Counted from the stretch's first letter, positions 12,905 through 25,898 are shown. The stretch: DNA of 64,000 bases from Eledone cirrhosa (GCA_964016885.1 OZ024742.1:234918001-234982000); one strand, 5' to 3'. Numbers and translations are program-made. The notes: generated from the letters alone by a model not told the origin.

Positions 12905-15670
12905 GGAATGTTACGCGATGGGATCCCCCACAGCCCCGGCGGACAGGATGGAGAAGGCGTTCCCACGGAGGACGGCAAGGGAGACGCGCTGGAAAAGCCA
13001 CTCCAACTCGCGGGGTTCACACCTGCGGCTGGCCAGCTCAGCGCCTATGGTGGTGAATAAGGAGGTAGCTCTGGGGCCGAGGACACCAGAGGTCCCCACT
13101 GCCAGGGGTACGGCCGCAAACCTGTCGGAGAGCAACCGGTATTTGAGGAGCTTGGCCTCCTCAGCCCGACGTGCACCAGAACCTGGGTCAGTTGCAGACT
13201 GCACCACGTTGCGGCTGCAGAAAGTGTCGGTGCAAGTAGCATCCCAGACGAGGCTGAGCCTCAAGGAAACGATGCGCAGGCTATTGTTGTCTAGCTGCGT
13301 GCCAGTGGAGAAGGAGGGAAGGGCATGGAACCAGGCACCACTGTGGAGTTTGGAGGCCGCACGAAAGCAGGCAAGGTGGTGCTGGTCGAGCTGGCGCGTG
13401 AGCCTGTCTGAGGCCAGGCTGCACTGGATGGCATCCCAAGTGCTTTTGGGCGACTTGACGTCAACAGGGGGAGAAAGAGGAAGGACGGCTACTGGGCTAA
13501 GTTCCAGGCGGTCCCACGTCTCACAGGCGGCCTCACGTTCTCTGAACACAGAGGGTTCTATTGTGTTTTGAAGAACCCTGCTGACGAGAACGTGAGGCAC
13601 GAGGTTACCGACGAAAGATACGCCGGCAAAGCCAGTGAGATCGGGGACCGGAGGCCAAGGCTGCCATACCTGACAGGTAAAGTGGCCTGTTGCCATCCAA
13701 TGTCGTCAAACTTGACGTTGCATATCTCCTCAGCTGCTGCCCAGATACAAGTATCGAGGTCAGCGAGGAGAGATGTGTGGGTATAGCATGGAGCGCTGCG
13801 AAGGGTATAGAGGAGCTTCGGCATGGCGAAGCAGTTCCTCAACAGGAAGAGAGCTGGGTGGTTCGGTGACCCGAGGATGAGGACATCCTCTATGGGGGTC
13901 ACCTGTACCTGGTGGAGAATGGACCGCACGTCCGAGACGGAGGCTGGAAAGCTCTCAGCATCGTGGCTGACATTCACCACCTCCGACTTGGCCGAGTTGA
14001 CTTGGAGGCCGATTCCCGCCAGGACAGGAACCACCGATTGTAGGTCATGGCAGACAGTCTGTACGGGCCCGCCCAACGTAGCATCATCCAGATACCAAAC
14101 GTTGAGAGGGGCCGTGATACTCCGGGCGATGTGGTCTATACCAAGGGCAAAAAGGAGGTGTCCCAAAGGGTCGCCCTGTTGGACCCCAGTAGCCGAAGGT
14201 ATGACTGTATCAGCAGCAAGGAGCATGCTCGGGGCTCCATACGACAGGTAGGCCAGCGGGTAGGCAGAGGGGGCTCGGCTGAGGCAGGCATCGAGCAGAT
14301 GGTCCCGGCGCAAGCAGTTGAAAGCATTCCTTATGTCAAGCTTGACAATAAGGTGCCTGGAGTCCCTGGATGCTGGTTCCGGTGGGCAGCTGTTGAAGAA
14401 CTGCTTGGTTTCATGTGCGGCCCCCTCACAGCCACCGGACACGCCGACACCCAGTTGCACCGGACTGAACTCCTCACCCAGTTCGTGTGTTATGGACCTG
14501 CAGACCACCTTGGCAGCCAGCCTCCGGAAGACATTGCCCAACAGCGATGGGGCGTATACCACCCTCTTTCTTCCTGAGAGCGGTGAGGGTAGCCGAAAAA
14601 AAGAGGCCTTGGGCGTGAGAGTCCAGGGTGCCATGGATGAGCCTATTGGTGAGCCCCACAATTTCACTCAGAAGGCGGCGCCCGGCCTCAGCGGAGAGGA
14701 GGATAGCAACTCCTTGAGGTGGCCTGGTCGGAGACCATCAGCACCTCTGCTGCTGCTGGCTAGGAAGGACTTGTTGGCGGACATGATGTCTGCGTCGGAA
14801 GCCACAAGAAGCAAGTTGGGGTCGGGTGGGGGTATAGGTCTGAGATCAGCGGGTGGCTCAGGGTGTTTAAGTCGCAAGGAAGTCAGGACTTCCTCGGTGG
14901 GTTGGAGGACAGTGTCCTCTGAGGCAACCACTCTGACTGCGGCCGAGACATGACCCATGATTAGTTTAGCATTTACGCGGTCACTCAAACGCTTGGCGCT
15001 GGCCTCAGGGGTGGAGGATTGGGTGTACCCGAGGGTGGGGTGTGCGGCGTCCCTGGGCACGCTTGGAATGGGCGTTTGCCCAAAGGACGAAACATTGGCC
15101 TTGACGAAGGCTGCTGTCGACCGGCCGCCTCGGTCAGCACCAGAGCTGGGGAGGCCGAGGGCCAGTGGGGCGAAATAAAAGAGTCGCTCCCAGTCGCTGG
15201 CTCGATCGGTCCAGGGCGCTCTCAATCGAGGAAGCGAGGTAATCGGCTACCGGCGCCCGGGCCGCTTTCGGGAACCTGACTGGGATCTTCCGGAGCTGCC
15301 TGAGCCGAGCAATGTCGACCAGCGACGCTTGGGCGTCAGGCAAGCTCGCTGTCTCATCTGGTGGTGTGCCAGACGGCCGTGGCTGGACAGACAAGAGGAA
15401 GCGATAGTTTCTGCATCTCCATGCGAGGGCACTGGAAGCTCGACGTGTCAAGCAAACACAGGTGAGGTGGTGGAAGCAGCCGCACCCCGAACAGTTCCGG
15501 CCCCTCTTCCGTCTGTTAGTGGTGCTGCAAGTGCTGCAGGTGTCGGCTTGGGGGATGGGGGATGGGGCGTGGGACCGGGGACTGGGGCACCGAGCGTCAT
15601 CAGGGGTGAGTGGCTAGCGTGTGTGGGTGGAAGGGAAAGTGCTGGTAAGAGGGCCTCATAGCTCACCTAC
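12905..15670 (-). mobile_element. CRE-clade non-LTR retrotransposon (RT plus restriction-like endonuclease), frameshifted and internally deleted
   Basis: ORFs 14668-15225, 13558-14667 (GIRPIAVG in an adjacent frame, QLGVGVSGGCE, KLDIRNAFN, GVQQGDPLG, YLDD) and 12911-13696 (HSGAWFHALP, WDATC, PLAVGTSGVLGP). The zinc-knuckle/RPDG part present in the copy near 55950-56130 is missing here. Confidence 0.85.
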
Positions 15671-16229
15671 ATCAGATATAGAGGCGTCAGAGGACAAGAG
15701 AGAAAAGAAGGGGTGCATGGAGGTGGACACACAAGAAGATAGAATGTTAGCAAATGAATGAGTGAATGGATGAATGTACAAAAAAAAAAAAAAAAAAAAA
15801 GCCAGATTTTAACCGAGACGAAGCAAAGCTGAATAATATTTTAAATATATGTCTAACTAACACATGTAATTAATTATGATATTCTTAGAATCGGGTTGTA
15901 AAAATTGAAGGATTGGAAATCATTAGATGGTTGTTCGATTCTGGTTTTAAAAATGAACGGTTTTACCTCAAATATCTTCCCTATCTTTTCTAGGAAATTG
16001 ATATAATGACTTGGTTGGCATTAGCAGAGACGAATCTAATAGAAAGAAATGGAGCTACCAAGTTGTATGCTACAATTTGATGGATAAACTTTACAATTTG
16101 TCTGAAGATATGAAGCAAAGTCTATTGGTTGTGGTAAATTCAGAGAATAAGTAAACACAAGTAACGAAATACTAATTTAATAACTAGTTTTACTCCACTT
16201 CACAAAAAAATGCAATTAATAATGTTCAA

Positions 16230-16700
16230 TGTGATCTTTGTCTTAGTCTTAGGTTCTTCCGCCAACGGCCACGATCAGCGGCGGCTTTTTTGCATCCGTG
16301 CCAAGTGATATTGGCTGCCATCAGGTCTTTTCGGAACATTCGTCGCCAAGTAATCCTGGGGAATCCCGCCTCCGTTTGCCGCCAGGTGGAGTCCAGTTCA
16401 TCGCTGTTTTCGAGTGTCGTTCGTCGGGCAGACGCAGAATATAGCCAGCCAGGCGGCACCGGCGCTCCGTGACCATTCTCAGTAGCGCCCACGACTCGGC
16501 TCTCCACAGGATTTCCTCGTTTCGCACTCGGTCGCGCCAGGACACACGAAGGATCATTCGCAGGCACCGCTGGTAGAAAGGGTTCAGCCGTCTCTCTATA
16601 TTTGCCGTGCTCTTTCAGGTTTCGCTCGCGTAAAGCACTGTCGGCAGCACGATGCTCTTGTATAGGCGCAGCTTGATCCTGGTGCTGATGCATGAAGACG
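16230..16700 (-). mobile_element. RTE-clade LINE 3' fragment
   Basis: ILRVSWRDRVRNEEIL...RLAGYILRLPDERHSKTAMNWTPPGGKRRR, followed by TWRR...AAADRGRWR. Confidence 0.8.
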
Positions 16701-17449
16701 ACCAATATGATACAATTGTAAAATCTGTCCCTGTGTACGTGGCTTGGTCCTTTTATATAGTCGGAATAAAAATTCCTTTAGAAAGTGCAAGGCTTAGTCC
16801 TAAAGAGAGCGTGAATGTGACGGCAAAAATCTAGTAGTAGCCGTAATTTGTTTTGCGTGCTGATGTTACAGGTGAAATATTGCAGACTCACGAAACCAAA
16901 TATCCCAGCTATCTTTCTCACGAATGTTTATTACTTAGAACTGTCTAATTTTGGTGTCATGATTCTTCTATATGCAAAGGTTATGTCTCAGAGGTTATGG
17001 TTATGGATCAGTGCCCTGGTGATCGTAATTTTCTGAAAAATCACCGTGGGAAATTTTCATCGCCATAGTTATACTTAAAAGACCACTGAGGATAGATATA
17101 ATTATATAATTACAGAGGAGAAAACATGGAAAGAAAGAAGTTTGGAGTTGTTTTGATGCCTATAGATCAACAAATCTGTGCTGTTTAAAGTGCCGCAAAA
17201 AAGGATAAAGCTGGTTACATTCTGCCTGGGTTATAAGAAAGTGCTCGATTTTGGCTGGTTGAGGTTTTACATCTTGGTCTTTCTTATCGTTTTGTCCGCT
17301 TTCACCAGAGTACAAAATGTTATGAACATAATTGGTACCTTGAGAATGTACATGATCACTTTTTAGGCCAGCCGGATAGGCTTGGGAAAGGGTATGCTAT
17401 CTGCCCGTCTTTAACTCCTGGCAGAAGAGCTACCACTTGTCTGGTAACA

Positions 17450-17997
17450 AGAGGCGGGATTTGAACTCAACTCGCACAGAACCATAATAGTTACTGCAAA
17501 GTAGCCTATCCTACCAATCTACTGCCTCTGGATTTGTACTTTATCTATCGACCTCCAAAAGACGAAAAGCAAAGATGCCTTGCGGGATTTGAACACAGAA
17601 CACAGAGAGCTGGTTTCGGTAAAGTAACATAAATAATGGTTTTTGATTTAGGCACAAGGCGAACAATTTGGAGGGGAAGAGAAAAGTTGATTAAATTGAC
17701 CCCAGTACATTACTGGTACTTTATTTTATCGACCCCGGATGGATGAAACGCAAAGTTAACCTCGGCGGGATTTGAACTCAGATCGTAAAGGGCCGTAACT
17801 CTACGGGAAAAGTAACATAAATAATTATTTCTACTTTTGGCACAAGGCCAGCAATTATCCCAGTGCATTACTGGTACTTTATTTTATCGACCCCGTAAAG
17901 ATGAAAGGCAAAGTTAACCTCGGTGGGATTTGAACTCAGATCGTAAAGGGCCGTAACTCTATGCTGCAAAGCATGGCGTCCGGCCCTCTGTCGATAG
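17450..17997 (-). mobile_element. Tandem cluster of family B SINEs (about 4 copies)
   Basis: Copies at 17631-17807 and 17820-17995 plus partial heads at 17450-17610. AAAGTAACATAAATAAT is repeated at about 17621 and 17809, probably a TSD. Confidence 0.8.
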
Positions 17998-18289
17998 TCA
18001 CTCGACCTTACACCCAAACGTTTTTTAAAAAATATAACACGAAAAATATTAGATATACTGTCTTGAAATATACGACTGGAAAGGATCATATATATAAATA
18101 ATCACACACACATACACACACACATACACAGAAAAATATATATAAACACACACACACATATATATAAACACACACACATATACATATAAACATACAAACA
18201 CGCACACATATATATATATTTATATATATACATACACACATATACATATAACACACACAAACTCATAAAACAGCCACTTTACTGTGAAA

Positions 18290-20900
18290 TCTAATATTAA
18301 AACATTTTTCTTCCCTCTTACAATTATTTTGTCACTCTCTCTCAAAATATTAGCCCTCTCTCACTAAAACACCAAACTCTCTCCCTCTCCCTATATCCGA
18401 CTACATACCTCACTCTCTCACTCTCACTAAACCACAAAACTCTCTCCCACTACATAGTTCACTTTCTTTCACTCTCATAATTCCCCCTCTCTCACTAAAC
18501 CAACAAATACTCTCCTGCTCTATCCCAATTCATACCTCACTCACATTCACGATTCCCCCTCTCTCTCTAGACTACAAAATGCTCTCCTCCTCGCTATATT
18601 CCACTACATACCTCACTCTCTCTCACTCTCACAATACCCCCTCTCTCACTAGGCCAATAAACTCTCGCACCCTCTCTATAACCCACTACATACCTCACAC
18701 TCTCTCACAATTCCCCCTCTCTCATTAAAACCAACAAATTTTCTCCCGCTCTCTATATATCACTACATACAACACACTCTCACACAATTCCCCCTCTCTT
18801 AGTAGACCGCCAAATTCCATGCCCCTCTTTATATTTCACTACATACCTTGCTCTCTTTCAATCTCTTAATTCCCCTCCCTCACTAGGCTAATAAACTCAC
18901 CCTCTCTCTATAACCCACTATATATCTCACTCTCTCTCTCACTAGACCACCAAATTCTCTCCCCCTCTCTATATTCCACTACATACCTTACTGTCTTTCA
19001 CATGCCCTCTCTCCTCCCTTCTGTATGTACTGGCTCTCGAGCCACTACTACGGAAGCTGGAGTTGTTGCAGGGCATCCCCTTGGAACCGGGATTGCAGAA
19101 AGCGGTGTCGGCCTACGCCGATGACGTGACAGTAATGGTGTCGTGCGCCTCGGAAATCGGGCAGATCGGCACCTTACTGGAGGAATATGAAAGGTTCACA
19201 GGAACCAAGCTGAACCGGGACAAGTCCGTCGGTTTGCAACTCGGGACGTGGAGGGGCAAACCGATGCCCTCCGACGGCATCGTCGGACGCTGGACGGAGG
19301 GACCGGTGAAGCTGCTCGGGGTCTGGTTCGGACCGGACCTCCAGGTGGAGAAAAACTGGGACGAGGTAACGGGCAAGGTGTTTGCACTCGCTCAGAAGTG
19401 GGCCGAGTGCAAACTATCCCTGAAAGGTCGAGCGGAGGTAGCGAACGCTTATATAGCGTCCGTCATCTACTACCGCTTGACCGTCGTGCCTTGTCCAGAG
19501 AAAACACTCGCCAAAATGGAGCGCGCGCTCTTCCGATTTCTTTGGAAGAAGCGGGCTCCTTTGGTGAGAAGATCCATCTGCTGTCAACACCCTTCGAACG
19601 GAGGGCTGGGGATGCCGTGGCTGACGATGCGTAGACACGCATTAAGGCTACGGCACCTCCAGGTATTCCTCACCAGTCAGCCAGTGTGGGCCCTGTTTGT
19701 GAGGCGAGCCTTTCTGAGACTCGTCTCACTCACCGAGCTGCAATCCTGGGTCAAGCAAAGACTGAGAAAAGTGGGCGACTGGCACATTGAATGTGCCCAG
19801 GCGCTCACGGCTCTCTGGCAAGCGGATCCGGCAATCAGTGGAGACTCAACCTCAACATTCTATAGAGGGTTGGTGCGCAGTAAGTGCGACGACGCTCTCG
19901 GAGAGGCTCTGGGCATGGAGGAAGATGAGCTAGCCAGTCTGTTCGGTAGGACGTTTGGCCCGGGACCGATGGACAACTTCCAAAAGTCCCTGGCTTGGCA
20001 ATGTTACCGAGGAGCTCTACCCGTTCGGGACAAGCTCTACAGACACGGGCGCCCGGGTAGGGACTCCTCGAAGAAGATCTGTCCGAGATGCGTGCGTGAC
20101 GAGGAAACCGTCGCACACGCATTCGTACATTGCCCGGGCGTTGCTGACCTGTGGGGCTATGTGGAACGACTACTGTCGCGGGTGGGACCAATCCGGTTGA
20201 CCACCAAGAACATTGTCACGATCAAACCGCCTCCCCCTTTCAAAAACGAAGGAGAGGCGGTTTTTCTCTGTGTGATAGCTATGGCGAAAGAGGTTGTATG
20301 GTGGACAAGGTTGAAAGGGCTGAGGTCAGACACCTTTCTCTCCGGCCAACAACTGGTCCTTTTTTTCAAGTACCACTTTAGAAGAAGGATCAGAATGGAG
20401 AGAGAGGTGCTCTACCCCAGCAAGTTTTATGAAAGGTGGGTGAAAGTAGCGAGAATGGCCCGAGCGAATGGGCCTTCTCTCTATATCAGCCTGTAGGTGA
20501 GAGAGGAGAAGAATGAGAAGAGGAAGGGAGCACCCGCTCTTTGTGCTCCTGAAGAGGAGGGTTGCACATTTTTTCGGGGGTGTGTGCGACCCATGTCAGC
20601 GCCCCTCCCTATTGAGGACATCGATTGTTAAATTTAATTTGTTATATGTTTTTTTTTACACGTCTTATTAAATGTATGTAAACTCCCCCCTTTGTATTTG
20701 TCCCAATCTTTGATGCCCTGGTGGCAAATAAATAGAAATATATATCTCACTACATACAAAACACTCTCTCACAATTCCCCCTCTCTCACTAGACCAATAA
20801 ATTCTCCCCCTCTTTATATCCCACTACATACTTCACTCTCTATCTCTCTCTCTCATTAGACGACCAAATTCTCTCTCCCTTTCTATATGTCACTACAATA
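18290..20900. repeat. ~80-bp C/T/A-rich minisatellite (CCACTACATACCTCACTCTCTC...AATTCCCCCTCTCTCACTAG), interrupted by a LINE
   Basis: About 9 degenerate units at 18290-19000 and 2 more at 20745-20900. Confidence 0.8.
19003..20740 (+). mobile_element. 5'-truncated L1/Tx1-clade LINE (RT C-terminal half plus CCHC zinc finger)
   Basis: Open frame from CPLSSLLYVLALEP through YADD, KLLGVWF, LSLKGRAEVAN, GGLGMP and CPRC...ETVAHAFVHC to the stop at 20496. The 3' UTR ends AAATAAATAGAAA. Confidence 0.88.
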
Positions 20901-21111
20901 TTTTTTACTTTGAAACAAATGTTTTCATCTTTTGTAAAGAACGACAAAGTTCTCCACTCGCCACACCTTTTGAACCCTTGGGGTGTAGGGGAGATCTTTT
21001 TTTTGTGGTGTGCCTTTGTTGAACTATTTGACAGGAGTTTAAAATATTTGGTGGTGGTTGTGTGGTGGGTGATGGTAGTGTGGTGTTGTTGGTATTGTTT
21101 GTTTATTTTGA

Positions 21112-21375
21112 ATCTATCTACCTATCTACTAAAACTCTGTGATTATGTGCTTGTCTGTTATCTAATACAGCCAAAACGGCACATAATGGGAAAATAGTTC
21201 GAAAGGAAGTTGGCCCTAAAATGAGAATACAAATGGAATAAAACAAGTTTCGCGTAGATCGGAGCACGAGTTCCCGAAATACGGGGTTTTTTACGGGTAC
21301 CTTCATAAATGTAAAGATATAAAGATAGAGAGAAAGAAATAGTGGTTGTGAGAGAGTAGATTGAAAGAGAGAGAA

Positions 21376-21425
<50 letters not shown>

Positions 21426-21614
21426 TGAGAGAGAGAGAGAGACAGAGAAGGAAAATGGAAGAGAGACACACACATATATATATACACACACACATTTATA
21501 TATATATATATATCATTTATATATATATACATATATAAATGTGTGTGTGTGTATATATATGTGTGTGTCTCTCTTCCATTTTCCTTCTCTGTCTCCTTTT
21601 CTCTCTTCATCTCC

Positions 21615-21680
<66 letters not shown>

Positions 21681-21814
21681 GCCTTCCAACTTCATTTTTC
21701 ATTATATACATGTCTGTGTATATTTTAATTATTCAAAAATTATTTTTAAGTGAACATGGTTTTTTAAAAATATTTTTAAATGAACGTGACCCAACGGGTC
21801 ATGAGTGGTCAAGT
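21112..21814 (+). mobile_element. Non-autonomous Helitron, second copy of 1822-2449
   Basis: Colinear with 1822-2449; hairpin GTGACCCAACGGGTCAT and a degenerate CAAG|T end. Confidence 0.75.
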
Positions 21815-21959
21815 AGAAATATGAAAATATACTGAAGTGAAATCCAAACCAAATAGTGATTATGTTTTATTATTTTTTCTGACAATATTAAGACAACATG
21901 ACCCTCCCCAAATATAACAATATCTGTTTCAACACTTGATTTCATATCAAAAACCTTGC

Positions 21960-22760
21960 AAAACAAATACATGGCCACTATTTCTTACATATCTTTATAT
22001 AATTTAAAATATATTTGTTTTTTTCTTTGTTTACTTAATGTAGTTGTATTTTTTCTTTACGTTTGCTTAATCTATTTCTATTTTTTCTTATTTAATTAAT
22101 TTATTTTCATTTTAATGCAATTTAAAAAAACTTTTAGTTTATTTTTAACTAGTTTCTATTTATTTTTTAATTTTTATAAATCTATTTTTAAATAATTTTT
22201 AATTTATTTCAATTTTTTCTTTACTTTTTACTTATTTCCATATAATTTTCATTTTTTTGTTTGTTTTAAATTAATTTATCTCTTTTCATTTTATTTCATT
22301 GATATTATTTTTGTTTTTATGTATTTCTTATTTATTTATTTTTCATGTTCCTTATATATATTTCTTTAATTAATTTTTCATACATGATTTATTTTTTAAT
22401 TAATTCTTTGATGTTCTTTTTATATATTTTAAATTATTTTTTGTTTAATTTTTATTTAGTTTTTAAATGTTTCAATACATTTTACAGTTTATATATATTT
22501 TTATTTATTATTATTCATTTGATTTATATTTTGTTTCATTTCTTTTGGTTTATTCCTATTTGTATTTCATTTTTATTTTTATTTTTTTTATTTTTTAATT
22601 ATGTAGTTAATTTATTTTAAATTTAATATGCCTAAGTACATTAGTACAATTTTAATTCATTTATAAAATATTTAAAATGTTTTCTTATTTATTTTTATTT
22701 ATCATTTTAAAATATCTTTTTAATTACGTTTGATTATTTTAAATTAAAGCGATTGACTTA
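21960..22760. repeat. Very AT-rich low-complexity tract; 22275-22445 has an inverted copy at 23630-23790
   Basis: Direct reverse-complement match, e.g. GTTTTTATGTATTTCTTA / TAAGAAATACATAAAAAC. Confidence 0.7.
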
Positions 22761-22859
22761 AGTAGCATCGAAAAATTTGAAATTTGAAATGTGTGCGCCC
22801 CAACGCAAATTATCACAACATGAATAATAATATTAACATTTTGCCATAATATAATATAT

Positions 22860-23039
22860 TAATTGTTTCTACTTTAGGCACAAGGCCAGCAATTACCCAG
22901 TGCATTACTGGTACTTTATTTTATCGACCCCGTAAGGATGAAAAGCAAAGTCAACCTCGGCGGGATTTGAACTCAGACCATAAAGGGCCGTAACTATGCT
23001 GGAAAGCATGGCGTCCGACCCTGTACCGATACTGTCAAT
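22860..23039 (-). mobile_element. SINE family B
   Basis: Near-consensus reverse-complement copy. Confidence 0.85.
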
Positions 23040-24114
23040 ATATATTAATGATGGTATAAACGTTTTTGAAAGAAATGAATGAAGTTATTTGCTTTCCTTA
23101 GCATTCTTTTCATTTTTACGCCACGGTTGGTTACTGCTTCTATAGATCTCACGTATTTTCCTGCATGATAAGGACAGTCAGAACGTACCTGAAATTAGAG
23201 TAAAGTATATTATTTCTGTAACAAAAAATATCTCGAACATCTCCTTATTGACTAATCTGGGGAACATTGTGTATTTATGCCAACTCATTCCAATGTTAGT
23301 CAATAACTAAATAAAAATGAAGATAGACGGTTACCAACTTAATGTCACCTTACTTCTAAGGACAATATTGATATATCTTATTATATCTTACGATGACTTT
23401 GCACTTATTTAGTCAACTGAACCTCATATTTCAGACCGAACATTTGCGCGGATGAATGGCCAGAGAATCCGGAAGAAGCTATGCGGTAAGCTTATATGTG
23501 GAATGCACCCCCTGCACAAACCAAGGCTGCGCTTCGAGAATTGTTTAAAGTCCTCTTTCAAAGCATTTGAAATATGCGGGGACAGCTAGGAAAGATATGT
23601 CCGTAATTGCCACCGACGGAGAAAATTTGAAATAAATAAATAATTTAAAATAAATAAAAAGAACACCAAAGAATTAATTAAAACATAAATCCTGTATGAA
23701 AAATTAATTAAAAATTTGCATATAAGGAACACGAAAAATAAATAAGAAATACATAAAAACAAAAATATTATAAATAAAATAAAAGGTGGAGCTGATGTTT
23801 TTGAAAAACTACGCATCTACTATGCAGAATTTAAGTAAGCTACACAATATCAGACAATTTGTTAAATGATGGGGTAAACTTGGTCTGCTGTATTTGTGGC
23901 CGTATTTGCCTGTTTATGGTTTGCTTGATTGGCCAACGTTGGCTATAGCAAGTTCACGACAATAGATTGCGTAACAAGTTTTTAATGTGGGAAATCGGCA
24001 AATATATTGGTGGATTAAAAAGATAGAGTGTTATTCATCAAAATACACTTCTGTTTATTGATGTGCACATATGCAATTTTGTTTGTTAGGTCTGCAAAAC
24101 ATGTAGGAGTCTGG

Positions 24115-24372
24115 CGGGCTTTGAACTCAGAACGTCAAGGCCTGTTACTAAATACTACAAGGCATTTTATCCGACACTCTAATGATTCTGCTAAAGCTAG
24201 CAATATAATTGTTTCTGATTTAGGCACAAGGCTACACTTTGGGAGGAGAGGAAAGCCGATTAAATCGATCCCAGTGCGTTATTGGTAATTTATTTTATCA
24301 ACCCCGTAAAGATGAAAAGCAGGCTAACCTCGGTGGGATTTGATATTCTACCGATACTGCCAATCAACAGCC
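24115..24372 (-). mobile_element. Two adjacent family B-related SINE copies
   Basis: TTTGAACTCAG head at 24120 and a full copy at 24205-24372. Confidence 0.7.
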
Positions 24373-24529
24373 TTTACCCAGTAATGTAATAAAAGCGAAG
24401 ATATATGATGACTAGCTTCTTATTAGCATAGTCATACACCTTACCTTAACGATGACATTGTATTTATTCATTCAGAACCACATATATGTGTCTGGCTTGC
24501 ACCTATCACTCACAGTGGTTATAGCGTGC

Positions 24530-24576
<47 letters not shown>

Positions 24577-24581
<5 letters not shown>

Positions 24582-25511
24582 AGGATGAATATAAAATGAA
24601 AGTGCTTTTTTTAAAAAGGAATTTATTAGGTATTGACATACGTTTCTGTAACAGACGGAATACCTATTAAATATTAATATACCTATTAAATAACAGAATA
24701 GAGCGATCGTTATACTGTAACCATCGCTTAAAATCTACATTTTCATATTATAAATACTACCAGGATTGAACGCCTGTCTCTATCCCCGTTTGATTGTCAA
24801 AATAGATATTAACATTCTTTATTAGTCTTAATTCTATCAACTCTTCTATTGTTTACCTTTTAATATAAACTGCTATAGATAAAATGAGATTTCTGATTTC
24901 TTGATTCAATTCCCTAATGCATATACCAGCTGGCTACTATCATTGATGTTATTCAGTAGCAATCGAAATCTCCCCCTTCCCCAATTGACACTTTATAATT
25001 AATACTACTGCACCAAATGACCAGCCCTGTCCACTGTCCAATTGGTCAAGTAGAGATTAAAATTGGCACTCCCAAAATTCTTATTTAGATTTACTCATGG
25101 TATTCTCATTAGAAACCCATTATATACTTGTTTAGCAGTAAATTAATTTACCATCTGTCATATACTATCCCCTCTCTTTCTTCCTCTATTACTAATATAA
25201 ATACTTCAATTTTTCTGATTTTATCCAATTTATCCAAAATCTCTGAAGAAGTGACAACTGATTATACATTTGCAATCGAATACTTGCTAACATTATATGA
25301 TTACGCAAGCAGCGATACATAGGTATTCCGTCTGTTACAGAAACATATGTCAATACCTAATAAATTCCTTTTTAAAAAAAGCACTTTCATTTTATATTCA
25401 TCCTTTCTACATTTTCTCCGGAATATAATTTATACTCGTTGAGCTAACCTGCACGTACGCTGTTCATCTCTAACGTAACGATATATTATCACTACATTAT
25501 TGATAACCTGA

Positions 25512-25516
<5 letters not shown>
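24577..25516. mobile_element. Element between (TA)n tracts with ~90-bp inverted repeats containing a partial hammerhead (Penelope-like remnant)
   Basis: 24577-24667 is the reverse complement of 25319-25409. The arm contains AGGTATT...GAAACATATGTC-AATACCT. Confidence 0.5.
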
Positions 25517-25551
<35 letters not shown>

Positions 25552-25590
25552 GATATTAATAAATGGAAACTATATTTATAAAACCATATT

Positions 25591-25655
25591 TATTTCATTA
25601 TACATATTTCAGGGATACCAAATTAAATTATGGTATGCCTTCATCAGACAAAATA
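25591..25655 (-). ncRNA. Type I hammerhead ribozyme motif
   Basis: Minus strand: TATTTTGT CTGATGA AGGCATACCA-(loop)-TGGTATCCCT GAAA TATGT ATA|ATGAAATA, with an 8-bp stem I and a 9-bp stem II. Confidence 0.7.
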
Positions 25656-25825
25656 CAATATATAACAGTTTTACAAATAAGCTTTGACGTACCCTATTAA
25701 AATGCAACCATTGTTTTGGGAAGTCATCCGGATAGTGATTTGTTTATATTACTTTAATAAGTCATAGTGTTAAGGACAGTTAGAAAAAGACGGAGATAAA
25801 GAAAAAGACGGAGAGAAAGAAAAAC

Positions 25826-25898
<73 letters not shown>

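Noticed and set aside
12903-15279. Long + strand ORFs opposite the CRE element (also those opposite the RTE at 26.7-28.7 kb)
   Set aside because: They are antisense shadows of retroelement coding sequence with no independent motifs.
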